From: Demequinaceae bacterium | GTDB lineage: Bacteria; Actinomycetota; Actinomycetes; Actinomycetales; Demequinaceae | Length of the DNA stretch: 32,000 nt | Assembly (NCBI GenBank): GCA_965250005.1 | Contig: OZ252279.1 | Location: 420,001-452,000, forward strand | Direction of reading: 5' to 3' | Shown here: positions 9,951-19,245 of the stretch, piece after piece | Position numbering within the stretch: position 1 is the first letter of the stretch | Layout: each line of letters opens with the position of its first letter | Notes under the pieces: generated by a model | Seen by the model: the letters and a program-made list of their open reading frames with translations, nothing else | Database searches by the model: none | Told to the model about the DNA's origin: nothing | Program-made: the position numbers and the translations under genes

Positions 9951-11174
9951 ATGGCATCACCGAAAACCTTCGTTCGTGGAGCAGCGATTGCTGCAGCCGC
10001 GACGCTGGCGCTTTCTGCCTGTGCTGCAGGTGGTGGCGACGGCTTGAAGATTGGCACGCTGCTGCCCCTCACGGGCAGTCTCGCGTTCCTCGGCCCGCCC
10101 GAGGTCGCAGGCGTGGACCTCGCTATTGAGGAAGTCAACGCGGCTGGCGGCGTCAATGGCGCCGACGTCACCGTGATCCACAAGGACTCGTCAGACACCG
10201 CTAACCCGCAGATCGCGACTCAGTCCGTTACCGACATGATCGGTGATGGCGTGGGCGCAATTGTTGGAGCTGCGTCATCTTCCGTGTCCCTCAACGTTGT
10301 AGATGACATCGCGGCCGCTCAGATCGTTCAGATCTCCCCGGCCAACACTTCAACTGCGCTTAGTGGCTACTCGCCGTTCTACTTCCGTGTTGCTCCGCCG
10401 GACACGGTTCAGGGCAGCGCACTCGCCAACCTGATGCTTGCCGACGGCCACAGCGATATCGGCATCCTCGTCTTTAACGATGACTATGGAACGTCGCTCC
10501 GCGATGTTGTCCAGACCGTCGTTGAAAAGGATGGCGGAAGCATCACTTATGGCAAGTCCGGCCAGGAGTTCGACCCCAACGGTTCGAACTTCGCGTCTGA
10601 CGTCGCAGCCGTGCTTGAGACCAGTCCGGACGCGATCGCAGTGATCGCATTCGACCAGACCAAGCAGATCATCCCCGAACTGGTTGCCGCTGGCTACCCG
10701 TCCGACCAGCTTTACCTGGTTGACGGAAACACCACGAGCTACGAGGAAGATTTCGAGGCTGGTGCTCTCAACGGTGCTCAGGGAACCATTCCTGGCGCAT
10801 TCCCGTCGGACGCATTTGCGGCCCGTCTGGAAGCCGTAAACGGTAGCCCGCTTGACACCTACGCGTACGGCCCTGAGTCGTACGACGCCACCATGTTGGT
10901 CGCGCTTGCCGCGGTCCGCGGAGGCGCGAACGACGGTGTCACGATCAAGGACAACCTACCCGCCGTTTCTGGATCTAACGGTGGAACCGAGTGCTCTGGA
11001 TTCGTAGAGTGCCGTGACCTGCTCGACGCTGGCGACGAGATTACTTACGTCGCAGTCGCCGGATCAGGTGCGTTCAACTCGGACAACGACCCAGCGAGCG
11101 CCTTCATCGGCGTTTACTCGTTCGACAACGACAACATCCCCGCATGGGTGCGGGCGGTTTACGGAGAGGTCTAA
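9951..11174 (+). CDS. Branched-chain amino-acid/amide ABC transporter substrate-binding lipoprotein (LivK-like)
   Basis: GGAGGG precedes ATG 9951. Signal peptide with lipobox-like LALSACAAGG; KIGTLLPLTGSLAFLGPPEVAGVDLAIEEVNAAGGVNG is a type I periplasmic-binding motif. Confidence 0.92.
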   Translation: MASPKTFVRGAAIAAAATLALSACAAGGGDGLKIGTLLPLTGSLAFLGPPEVAGVDLAIEEVNAAGGVNGADVTVIHKDSSDTANPQIATQSVTDMIGDGVGAIVGAASSSVSLNVVDDIAAAQIVQISPANTSTALSGYSPFYFRVAPPDTVQGSALANLMLADGHSDIGILVFNDDYGTSLRDVVQTVVEKDGGSITYGKSGQEFDPNGSNFASDVAAVLETSPDAIAVIAFDQTKQIIPELVAAGYPSDQLYLVDGNTTSYEEDFEAGALNGAQGTIPGAFPSDAFAARLEAVNGSPLDTYAYGPESYDATMLVALAAVRGGANDGVTIKDNLPAVSGSNGGTECSGFVECRDLLDAGDEITYVAVAGSGAFNSDNDPASAFIGVYSFDNDNIPAWVRAVYGEV

Positions 11175-11191
11175 CCCCTCCGGAGACGCGG

Positions 11192-11223
11192 AAGGGCCCC
11201 CAGCCAAGGCTGGGGGCCCTTTT
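11192..11223 (+). terminator. Rho-independent terminator after the binding-protein gene
   Basis: GGGCCCCCAGC-CAAG-GCTGGGGGCCC followed by TTTT (11220-11223). Confidence 0.9.
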
Positions 11224-11263
11224 GCGCGCCTCACGTGGCGCTGGGTGCGTTTCCCCTAGTTCA

Positions 11264-11279
11264 GGCGGCGTTTGCCGCC
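11264..11279 (-). other. Short GC-rich hairpin downstream of the ATPase gene, possible weak terminator
   Basis: GGCGGC-GTTT-GCCGCC, 6-bp perfect stem, no T-tract. Confidence 0.35.
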
Positions 11280-11294
11280 CAGAAGGCCGCTTTG

Positions 11295-12026
11295 CTAGGC
11301 GCCCAGGGTGCCTAGGTACAGTTCGATGACACGCGGGTCCTTGAGTAGGTTCTGGCCCGTGTCCGTGTACTTGCTGGTGCCCTGATCAAGTACGTATCCG
11401 CGGTCGCAAATCTGCAGGCACCTGCGGGCGTTCTGTTCAACCATGACGACAGTGACGCCCGTGCGGTTGATGTCGCGCGTGCGGATGAATGTCTCGTCCT
11501 GGCGGTTGGGAGACAGCCCCGCAGACGGTTCGTCGAGTAGCAGCACCGACGGCTCCATCATGAGGGCCCGCGCCATCGCTACCATCTGTCGTTCGCCGCC
11601 CGACAACGAGCCTGCACGCTGGCTTCTGCGATCGATGAGGACGGGGAAGATTTCGCCGATCGCGTCGAGGCGCTCGGCGAGGCGTTTGTGGTCCTGGAAC
11701 ATGCCCATTTCGAGGTTCGCTTCGATGGTGAGCGACGGGAACACATTGTCGTTCTGTGGGACGAAGCCGATGCCGCGCCGCACGAGCTGGTCCGGCCGCA
11801 TGTCGGTGATGTCCTCGCCCCGGAACAGGGCCTCGCCACCGCGCACGTTCACAAGCCCGAACAGTGCCTTAAGGAGCGTGGATTTACCGGCGCCATTCGG
11901 CCCGATGATTCCGATCAATTCGCCCTCACGGACGTTGAGGTTGCACCCATTGAGGATGTCGATTCCCGGAAGGTAGCCCGCGTAGAGGTCAGTCGCCTCG
12001 AGGATTACGTCAGTCTTCTTTGCCAT
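11295..12026 (-). CDS. livF: Branched-chain amino-acid ABC transporter ATPase (LivF-like)
   Basis: Walker A GPNGAGKSTLLKALFGLV, signature LSGGERQMVAMARALM, Walker B VLLLDEPSAGLSP. Confidence 0.92.
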   Translation of the reverse strand: MAKKTDVILEATDLYAGYLPGIDILNGCNLNVREGELIGIIGPNGAGKSTLLKALFGLVNVRGGEALFRGEDITDMRPDQLVRRGIGFVPQNDNVFPSLTIEANLEMGMFQDHKRLAERLDAIGEIFPVLIDRRSQRAGSLSGGERQMVAMARALMMEPSVLLLDEPSAGLSPNRQDETFIRTRDINRTGVTVVMVEQNARRCLQICDRGYVLDQGTSKYTDTGQNLLKDPRVIELYLGTLGA

Positions 12027-12868
12027 CAGCGCTCTTCCGAAAGGTCCATGTCGTGGTGGGTGCCCAAATACGCGTCCTGCACGACGGTGCTGCGCATCAC
12101 CTTGTCCGCAGTGCCCTCAGCAATGATCTTGCCCTCCGACATCACCACGACCCAATCCGAAATGCGGCGCACCATGTGCATGTCGTGTTCGACGAACAGA
12201 ACCGTGATGCCCTCGTCTTTGAGGCGGACAATGTGGTCTAGGAGCGACTCCGTGAGCGCGGGGTTCACGCCTGCCATGGGCTCGTCAAGCATCAGGATTT
12301 CGGGATCCGACATGAGTGCTCGCGCCATTTCAAGGAGCTTGCGCTGTCCGCCAGAGAGTTCACCCGCGAAGTCGTCGCGCTTGGGAAGAAGGCTGAAGCG
12401 ATCCAGGATTTCCTCGGCGCGGACCGTGATTTCGGCCTCCCGCTTGCGCCAAATCCACGGTGCGAACGCGGTGAAGATGTTCTCTCCGGGCTGGTGCCGC
12501 GCACCGAGTCGCATGTTTTCGATGACGGTCATGCGGTTGAGAGCTTTGGTTAGTTGGAACGTCCGCACCATGCCCCGCTGAGCGACTTTCGCGGGCGCCA
12601 TGCCGCCGAGGCTTACGCCGTTGAAGGTCCACGCGCCACTCTGCGGCGTGTCGAAACCGGTAATGGCGTTGAAGAATGTCGACTTGCCGGCGCCATTGGG
12701 CCCGATGAGCGCGGTAACGGCGTGCCGTTGAATCTCGAGGTGTTTGACGTCTACGGCTGTGAGCCCGCCGAAGTGCCGATGGACGTTGTCCGCCACGACG
12801 ATGGCGTCTGGCTTGACTGCTCCAGGCACGTGCTTGACGCCAGCCAGGGCGTTCGTCTTCTTAGCCAT
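12026..12868 (-). CDS. livG: Branched-chain amino-acid ABC transporter ATPase (LivG-like)
   Basis: GPNGAGKSTFFNAITGF, LSGGQRKLLEMARALM, ILMLDEPMAGVNP. The end overlaps the livF start by one nucleotide. Confidence 0.92.
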   Translation of the reverse strand: MAKKTNALAGVKHVPGAVKPDAIVVADNVHRHFGGLTAVDVKHLEIQRHAVTALIGPNGAGKSTFFNAITGFDTPQSGAWTFNGVSLGGMAPAKVAQRGMVRTFQLTKALNRMTVIENMRLGARHQPGENIFTAFAPWIWRKREAEITVRAEEILDRFSLLPKRDDFAGELSGGQRKLLEMARALMSDPEILMLDEPMAGVNPALTESLLDHIVRLKDEGITVLFVEHDMHMVRRISDWVVVMSEGKIIAEGTADKVMRSTVVQDAYLGTHHDMDLSEER

Positions 12869-13847
12869 TGATTGCCAACTCCCGCTTGTCTCCCAAGATT
12901 CCTTGCGGTCTGAAGATCACCAGCAGCATCAACGCGATTCCCACCAGGGCTAGGGACAGTGGCTCAACCTGAACTGTGGTGAGGAACGGCAGGGCGATGG
13001 GCGCCACAATCTTGATGAGATAGAGCGCAGCGGCATAGATCATTGCGCCCAAGATGGGCCCAAATACCTTCGCGGCGCCTCCTAGCAACAGCATGGTCCA
13101 GAGGTAGAACGTGACCGGCCGGCCCATGGAGTCTGGTTGGACGCTCGCGCCATGGGCCCACACCACACCTCCGAGTGCCCCGAGCACACCGCCGATTACG
13201 AGGGCCTGCATCTTGTAGGAGTAGACGTTCTTTCCGAGCGAACGCACGGCATCCTCGTCCTCGCGGATGCCCTTGAGTACGCGACCCCAAGGACTGTTGC
13301 TCAGGCGCCAGAAGAGGTACGCGAAAATGACGACCAGAATCACGCCTACAACGCGAAGCCACCATGAGTTTCCGTCGGACCCGTGGTGTGCGAACGGCGT
13401 CGTGCCAAGCGCGGGAATGTACTTGTCGGGGAACGGTGACAGGCTCTCGAACGGCTGGTCGTACTCGTTTTGCCGGATCCCGGTTGAGGCGGATGTCAGT
13501 CCAATGAGCGACTGCGAGCGACCCAGGTAGCGGATCATCTCGGACGCGGCGATCGTCACGATGGCCAGGTAGTCGCCCCGGAGCCGCAGTGTGGGCCATC
13601 CGAGCAGGAGTGCAAAGGTCACCGCGCAAGCGATCGCAACCAGCACGCCGAGCGCCAGACCGCCTCCCTCGCGAACTGTGATTGCGTATCCGTACATGCC
13701 AAGCAGCATGAATCCCGCATGCCCCATGTTCAGAAGTCCCGTAAGGCCAAAATGGAAGTTGAGGCCGATGGCCGCGAGCGCGAACGCGAGCGTTGTGGGG
13801 TGGAACAAGAAGTCAACGGTGGATCCCAACGTGTTGATGAATTCCAT
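12861..13847 (-). CDS. livM: Branched-chain amino-acid ABC transporter permease (LivM-like)
   Basis: NFHFGLTGLLNMGHAGFMLLGMYGYA and LRLRGDYLAIVTIAASEMIR, with hydrophobic segments. Confidence 0.92.
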   Translation of the reverse strand: MEFINTLGSTVDFLFHPTTLAFALAAIGLNFHFGLTGLLNMGHAGFMLLGMYGYAITVREGGGLALGVLVAIACAVTFALLLGWPTLRLRGDYLAIVTIAASEMIRYLGRSQSLIGLTSASTGIRQNEYDQPFESLSPFPDKYIPALGTTPFAHHGSDGNSWWLRVVGVILVVIFAYLFWRLSNSPWGRVLKGIREDEDAVRSLGKNVYSYKMQALVIGGVLGALGGVVWAHGASVQPDSMGRPVTFYLWTMLLLGGAAKVFGPILGAMIYAAALYLIKIVAPIALPFLTTVQVEPLSLALVGIALMLLVIFRPQGILGDKRELAING

Positions 13848-13850
13848 GAG

Positions 13851-14936
13851 CTAACCCACCCTTTCCACTCGTCCGAGGATTCCCTGAGGCCTCACCAGCA
13901 GGACGATGATCAGGATGGCTAGGGCGACGGCGTACTTGAGGTCGGGAGCGAGCCACACTGTCGAGACCTCAGCTGCCATGCCGATGATGATCGAGCCGAC
14001 GAGCGCACCGAACGGGTGCCCCAGTCCGCCGAGTGTCACCGCGGCGAACATCAGCAAGAGGATCCGGCCGCCCGCACCAAAGTCGGTCGTATTCTCATAA
14101 ACGGCAAGCAGGATTCCCCCAAGGCCGGCCAGGGCCGTAGCCATGATCCACACGAGCCGGATGATCCGGTTGACAGTGATTCCTGACGCAGACGCCAGCG
14201 CAGCGTTGTCGGAAACTGCCCGTGTCGCCCGACCTAGGCGGGTGCGCAGCAAGAAGTACGCCACGCCTCCTAGCGCCGCCAGCGCAATGATTGTCGAGAC
14301 CAGTGTTTGCTGGCCGATATCGACCGGGCCAAGCGGATAGCGCTCCTCAATCGAGCGCGTCAGCCGCACACGTTCGGAGCCGATCACCATTTGGATGATG
14401 TTGACGAGTGCGAGCGACAGGCCAATCGAGACGATCATCTGCTGGACGTTGCCCACGCGGCGCTTGCGAAGCCTGGACCAGATTCCCCAGTCCTGCAAGT
14501 ATCCCGTACTGGCGGCAAGCGCGATGCCGAGGAGCGCGGCGTACACGAAAGGCATGCCTTGATCGGTGAAGAGGTAGGTGAATACCGCGCCAAGGGTTAC
14601 TTGCTCGCCGTGCGCGAAATTGCTCAGCTTGGTAGTCCCGTAAATCAGCGAGAGCCCCACGGATGCGAGTGCGAGCAGCAGCCCGAACGAGAAGCCGTTG
14701 ACGATATTCTGGAGAAGCCGGTTGGTCTGACGGTACGAAAGCGGTTCGTCAGCAGCGTCCGTTTCAGTCCCTTCGTCGATCACCTCAATCGCGCTAGCCG
14801 CAGCGTCAACCTGTGTCGCCGCCTCAGCCGCGGGGGAGAACCAGACCGCCAGCGCGGCGACTACTGCGAGGAGCAGGATCGCCAGGCTCAATCGGACGGA
14901 TCTACGCGTCAGCACATCCGTCAAGACTGCCTCCAT
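13851..14936 (-). CDS. livH: Branched-chain amino-acid ABC transporter permease (LivH-like) with an extended N-terminus
   Basis: Core SFGLLLALASVGLSLIYGTTKLSNFAHGEQVTLGA and VTLGGLGHPFGALVGSIIIG. The first ~80 residues resemble a signal peptide plus linker. Confidence 0.92.
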   Translation of the reverse strand: MEAVLTDVLTRRSVRLSLAILLLAVVAALAVWFSPAAEAATQVDAAASAIEVIDEGTETDAADEPLSYRQTNRLLQNIVNGFSFGLLLALASVGLSLIYGTTKLSNFAHGEQVTLGAVFTYLFTDQGMPFVYAALLGIALAASTGYLQDWGIWSRLRKRRVGNVQQMIVSIGLSLALVNIIQMVIGSERVRLTRSIEERYPLGPVDIGQQTLVSTIIALAALGGVAYFLLRTRLGRATRAVSDNAALASASGITVNRIIRLVWIMATALAGLGGILLAVYENTTDFGAGGRILLLMFAAVTLGGLGHPFGALVGSIIIGMAAEVSTVWLAPDLKYAVALAILIIVLLVRPQGILGRVERVG

Positions 14937-14965
14937 TGCCGTTGTCTCGGACCGTTGTACCCATG

Positions 14966-15391
14966 TTAGCCGTGCGCTCCGCCCGTGGGTTGCGGGACGA
15001 TAACGTTTGTCAGTCTTGCCGTGGCGACGCGCTTGTTAGCGTCGTCCGTTATCGCGATTTCGTACGTCGCAACGGTCCTGCCCAAGTGAACCGCGGTCGC
15101 CGTGCCGGTGACCACCCCTTCGCGTACGGCGCGGTGATGGGTGATGTTGAGGTCGACGCCGACTGCGAGGCCTGCGGGCTGACAGTGAACGATCGCGCCG
15201 TAACTGCCGAGCGTTTCGGCCAGTGCCGCAGTGGCGCCGCCGTGCAGCAGGCCCATGGGCTGGGTGTTGCCTTCAACCGGCATGGTGCCGACCACCCGCT
15301 CGGCAGAGAGTTCGAGGATTTCGATGCCGAGCCGGTGAACCAACGCACTCGGTGGAAACTGCGAGAGTAAGTGCTCGGTGACCTTGTCCAT
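14966..15391 (-). CDS. PaaI-type hotdog-fold thioesterase
   Basis: MGLLHGGATAALAETLGSYGA and VGVDLNITHHRAVREGVVTG are typical of PaaI-like acyl-CoA thioesterases. Confidence 0.88.
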   Translation of the reverse strand: MDKVTEHLLSQFPPSALVHRLGIEILELSAERVVGTMPVEGNTQPMGLLHGGATAALAETLGSYGAIVHCQPAGLAVGVDLNITHHRAVREGVVTGTATAVHLGRTVATYEIAITDDANKRVATARLTNVIVPQPTGGAHG

Positions 15392-15396
15392 AGAGA

Positions 15397-15403
15397 TACA
15401 TTG
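15397..15403. promoter_or_regulatory. Overlapping divergent -10 elements for polA (+) and the thioesterase gene (-)
   Basis: Top strand TACATT (15397-15402), 6 nt, GTG 15409. Bottom strand CAATGT (15403-15398), 6 nt, ATG at 15391. Only 17 bp separate the start codons. Confidence 0.5.
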
Positions 15404-15408
15404 TCACA

Positions 15409-18081
15409 GTGAGCGAAGAACCCAAGGGAACCCTGCTGCTAGTGGACGGACTGTCCATGGCGTTCCGCGCGTTCTATGGACTACCAGTGGAGAATTTCGC
15501 GACGTCGACAGGCGAACCCACCAACGCCGTCTACGGCTTCACGGCGATGCTCGCGACGTTGCTGAGGGACCATGAGCCGACGCACGTGGCGGTCGCCATG
15601 GACGTCGGTTCCACGACGTTCAGGACCGAACGGTTGCCGTCCTACAAGGGCACCAGGGCTGAGACACCGCCAGAGTTCAAACCACAGATCCCACTGATCT
15701 ATGAAGTGCTCGATGCGCTAAACGTGCAGGCAATCGGCAAGGACAACTTCGAGGCGGACGACATCCTCGCCACCTACGCGCGTCAAGGCGCGGAGCAAGG
15801 GTACAGAGTTCTCGTTATCTCGGGCGACCGCGACACGTTTCAACTGGTCAATGAGGACGTCACTGTGCTCTACCCACGCAAGGGCGTGTCCGACCTAGTG
15901 GTGATGACTCCCAACGCGGTCGAGGCCAAGTACGACGTCCGGCCCGAGAACTACCCGGACCTCGCCGCGCTCGTGGGGGAGACCAGCGATAACCTCCCGG
16001 GGGTGCCGGGGGTCGGCCCCAAGACAGCTGCCAAGTGGATCAACCTTTATGGGCCGCTTCCCGAGATAATCGCAGCGGCCGACGACATCCCCGGCAAGGT
16101 GGGGGAGAGCCTGCGCGCCCACATCGACACGGTGAAACTCAACCGGGAGCTCAATGCGCTGTTAACCGACGTTGAGCTGCCGCTGACGGTGGACGACCTG
16201 GTCAGGGTGCCCGCCAGCGCAGAGGCCATCCACCGCGTGTGCGATGCGCTGCAGTTCAAGTCGCTGCGCGCGCGGTTACTCCCGCTGGCAGATGAGCCAG
16301 ACGCTGACGCGCCAGGCCCCGCGGCGTCGGCGGAAGCAGAGGACGTTGACGTGGTGACTGACAACGCCACAGCCGGAATCGCCGCCATGAAAGGGCGCGT
16401 GTTCGTCTACGTTGACGGCAACGCAGGGGAAGAAGCGGATGCGATCGCCCTTGGCGTCGCCGACGGACAAGGTGCAGCGTGGGGGGTCGACTTCGCTCAC
16501 GCCACGCCGAAGGAAGAACAGATGCTGGAGGCGTGGCTCGCCGACGCGGGGGTCCTCAAGGTGCTCCACGGCGCCAAGGCCAGTTGGCACGCGCTCGCCT
16601 CGCGGGGCTGGACCCTTGGCGGCGTCGATGGCGACACCGAAATCGCCGCATACCTCGTGCAGCCCGATCAGCGAGGATTTGACCTTGACGACGTGTTGCA
16701 ACGCTACTTGGGGCTCAGCCCGTCTGCGCAAGGTGGGGGAGGCGAGCTGGATCTGGGGCTCGGAGCGAGCGCCGCAGAATCCGCCGGAGCGCGCGCGGCT
16801 GCCCTCGCACGGGTGGCGGACGAGCTCGAACCTGTTGTCGCCGAGCGCGGAATGCAGGGCGTCTACCGCGACTTTGAACTGCCACTCATCGACGTGCTCG
16901 CGCGAATGGAATCCGCCGGCGTAGCGATAAACGCCACGCGTCTCGAAAGTCTCGCCGCAGAGTGCGCAACGCGCACCCGCAAGGCTCAGGATTCGGCATT
17001 CGCCGCGATCGACGGCCACGAGGTGAACCTCGCCTCGCCCAAGCAGCTTCAAGAAGTCCTCTTCGACCGACTCGGGATGCCCAAGACCAAGAAGACTAAG
17101 ACTGGCTACTCCACCGACGCGTCGTCGCTGGGCGAGCTCTACGAGAAGCAGCCGCACCCGTTCCTCGAAGCGCTGCTCGCACACCGCGACGCCAGCAAGC
17201 TGGGACAAATCATCGAAACGCTCTCGAAGGCGATCGGTCCCGACAAACGGATTCACACCACGTTCAGCCAGACGGTCGCATCCACGGGGCGACTGTCGTC
17301 GAAGAACCCCAATCTTCAGAACATCCCCATCCGCACGGAGGATGGCCATCGCATTCGCGAAGCATTCGTCGTGGGCGATGGCTTCGAAACGCTTCTCACC
17401 GCCGATTACAGCCAGATTGAAATGCGCATCATGGCGCACCTGTCAGAGGACGCGGCTCTCATCGCCGCATTCGACGCCGGCGAGGACCTTCACAGATTCG
17501 TGGGCTCACGCGTCTTCGGAGTGCCTCCCGAGGGCGTCACCCCCGAGATGCGGTCGCAGGTCAAGGCCATGTCCTACGGACTGGCGTACGGGTTGAGCAG
17601 CTTTGGCCTTGCGCGACAATTAGGGGCGTCAGTAGGGGAGGCGCAGGCGCTCATGGACGACTACTACTCTCGGTTCGGTGCGGTGCACGACTATCTCGAC
17701 TCAGTTGTCGCCCGCGCCCGCAAAGACGGCTTTACGGAAACCCTCTTCGGCCGCAAGCGTTTCCTGCCGGACCTCAACTCCACCAATAGACAAAGGCGGG
17801 AGATGTCAGAACGCATGGCGCTTAACGCCCCTATTCAGGGGAGTGCAGCAGACCTGATCAAGCGCGCGATGCTGGGCGTTGACGCGCGCCTGCGCGACAC
17901 GGGACTAGAGTCGCGCCAGTTGTTGCAGGTTCATGATGAACTGGTGCTTGAAGTCGCGCGCGGCGAGCGGGATGCCGTAGAAGATATCGTGCGCAAAGAG
18001 ATGGCGAACGCAGCGCAGCTGCGGGTGCCCCTCGATGTCAATGTAGGAGTAGGACCGAACTGGCGAGCAGCCGGACACTAG
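15409..18081 (+). CDS. polA: DNA polymerase I
   Basis: 5' nuclease LLVDGLSMAFRAFYGLP; polymerase motifs TLLTADYSQIEMRIMAHLS, AMSYGLAYGLSSFGL and LLQVHDELVLE. Confidence 0.97.
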   Translation: MSEEPKGTLLLVDGLSMAFRAFYGLPVENFATSTGEPTNAVYGFTAMLATLLRDHEPTHVAVAMDVGSTTFRTERLPSYKGTRAETPPEFKPQIPLIYEVLDALNVQAIGKDNFEADDILATYARQGAEQGYRVLVISGDRDTFQLVNEDVTVLYPRKGVSDLVVMTPNAVEAKYDVRPENYPDLAALVGETSDNLPGVPGVGPKTAAKWINLYGPLPEIIAAADDIPGKVGESLRAHIDTVKLNRELNALLTDVELPLTVDDLVRVPASAEAIHRVCDALQFKSLRARLLPLADEPDADAPGPAASAEAEDVDVVTDNATAGIAAMKGRVFVYVDGNAGEEADAIALGVADGQGAAWGVDFAHATPKEEQMLEAWLADAGVLKVLHGAKASWHALASRGWTLGGVDGDTEIAAYLVQPDQRGFDLDDVLQRYLGLSPSAQGGGGELDLGLGASAAESAGARAAALARVADELEPVVAERGMQGVYRDFELPLIDVLARMESAGVAINATRLESLAAECATRTRKAQDSAFAAIDGHEVNLASPKQLQEVLFDRLGMPKTKKTKTGYSTDASSLGELYEKQPHPFLEALLAHRDASKLGQIIETLSKAIGPDKRIHTTFSQTVASTGRLSSKNPNLQNIPIRTEDGHRIREAFVVGDGFETLLTADYSQIEMRIMAHLSEDAALIAAFDAGEDLHRFVGSRVFGVPPEGVTPEMRSQVKAMSYGLAYGLSSFGLARQLGASVGEAQALMDDYYSRFGAVHDYLDSVVARARKDGFTETLFGRKRFLPDLNSTNRQRREMSERMALNAPIQGSAADLIKRAMLGVDARLRDTGLESRQLLQVHDELVLEVARGERDAVEDIVRKEMANAAQLRVPLDVNVGVGPNWRAAGH

Positions 18082-18092
18082 GTGGCTAGAAC

Positions 18093-19109
18093 ATGCGTAT
18101 TGGAGTCCTGACCGGCGGGGGAGACTGCCCCGGCCTCAACGCGGCAATCCGCGCAATCGTGAAGCACGGAGTAGCCGAGGGCAGCTCTGTGGTTGGGTTT
18201 CGCAACGGCTGGCGAGGTGCCATTGACGGCGACGCGACGCCGCTCACTCGCGACGACGTCAGCGGCATTCTGGTCGAGGGCGGCACCATGCTTGGAACCG
18301 CTCGGTGCCACCCGCACAAGGTCGAGGGCGGCATTCAGGCCGTCGTTGAAACCGCCGCCAACGAAAACATCGACGCCATCATCTGCATCGGGGGCGACGG
18401 CACTCTTAAGGCGGCCGCGAAGGTTCACAAAGCCGGAGTCCCGGTAGTGGGCATCCCCAAGACCATTGATAACGACGTGGTTGGCACAGATGTCTCAATT
18501 GGCTTCGACACCGCGGTCTCCATCGCGACCGAAGCCATTGACCGCCTTCACTCCACGGCTGAATCGCACCACCGCGTCATGGTGGTGGAACTCATGGGGC
18601 GCCACTGCGGATGGATTGCCGTCACGGCAGGGGTCGCGGGAGGCGCAGACATCATTCTTGCGCCCGAGTCTCCCTTCGATATCGACGTCATCGCGCGCAA
18701 GATCAAGCACCGTCACCGCTACAAGGACTTCTCGATCGTCGCGGTCGCTGAGGGAGCGATTCCCGCCGAGGGGACCGAGTGGGACTTCGACGCGTCGATC
18801 GACAAGCGAGGAAACCCAATCTCCGGGCAGATCGGGCAGCAACTCACTACTGCGATCGAGGCCAAGACGGGCTTCGCGGCTCGCCTAACCGTTCTGGGTT
18901 ATGTCCAACGCGGCGGCGTCCCCACAGCGGCCGACAGGCTCCTTGCGACCCGATTCGGGGTCGCGGCCGTGAATGCGGTCCACGAGGGAGAGACGGGCAA
19001 GTTCACTGCCTTGCGTGGCGAGCACATCGAAATGCGGCCGTTGAGCGTGATGGCGGGCAAGACAAAGTACGTTCCCGAGGACCTCCTGAAGATGGCCTGG
19101 GGCCTCTAG
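18093..19109 (+). CDS. pfkA: 6-phosphofructokinase (GGDG and PKTIDND motifs)
   Basis: GVLTGGGDCPGLNAAIR, ICIGGDGTLKAA, GIPKTIDNDVVGTD; GGTGG upstream of ATG 18093. Confidence 0.95.
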   Translation: MRIGVLTGGGDCPGLNAAIRAIVKHGVAEGSSVVGFRNGWRGAIDGDATPLTRDDVSGILVEGGTMLGTARCHPHKVEGGIQAVVETAANENIDAIICIGGDGTLKAAAKVHKAGVPVVGIPKTIDNDVVGTDVSIGFDTAVSIATEAIDRLHSTAESHHRVMVVELMGRHCGWIAVTAGVAGGADIILAPESPFDIDVIARKIKHRHRYKDFSIVAVAEGAIPAEGTEWDFDASIDKRGNPISGQIGQQLTTAIEAKTGFAARLTVLGYVQRGGVPTAADRLLATRFGVAAVNAVHEGETGKFTALRGEHIEMRPLSVMAGKTKYVPEDLLKMAWGL

Positions 19110-19185
19110 CCCCGTGCCGCGCTTCTTCACGAGTTGGTGAGGTCCTCACAGGGGGAGTAGGATACGCGGCGGTGCAGTGCGCCCT

Positions 19186-19215
19186 TTGCGTTGCGCCCGT
19201 CCATGTCCATACGAT
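19186..19215 (+). promoter_or_regulatory. Putative rpsA promoter
   Basis: TTGCGT (19186-19191), 18 nt, TACGAT (19210-19215), and 6 nt later ATG 19222. Confidence 0.5.
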
Positions 19216-19245
19216 CCACTAATGTCCATCGGAGTCATCTCCCTA

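Noticed and set aside
11688-12581. 297-aa + strand ORF opposite livF/livG
   Set aside because: Mirror of well-supported ATPase coding sequence; composition not protein-like.
16276-17439. 387-aa ORF antisense to polA
   Set aside because: Shadow ORF from high-GC codon bias; Arg/Gly/His-rich low-plausibility protein fully inside a strongly supported gene on the other strand.
19099-19113. GGGGC...GCCCC at the pfkA stop as a terminator
   Set aside because: Only a 5-bp stem, no T-tract, overlaps coding sequence; too weak to call.
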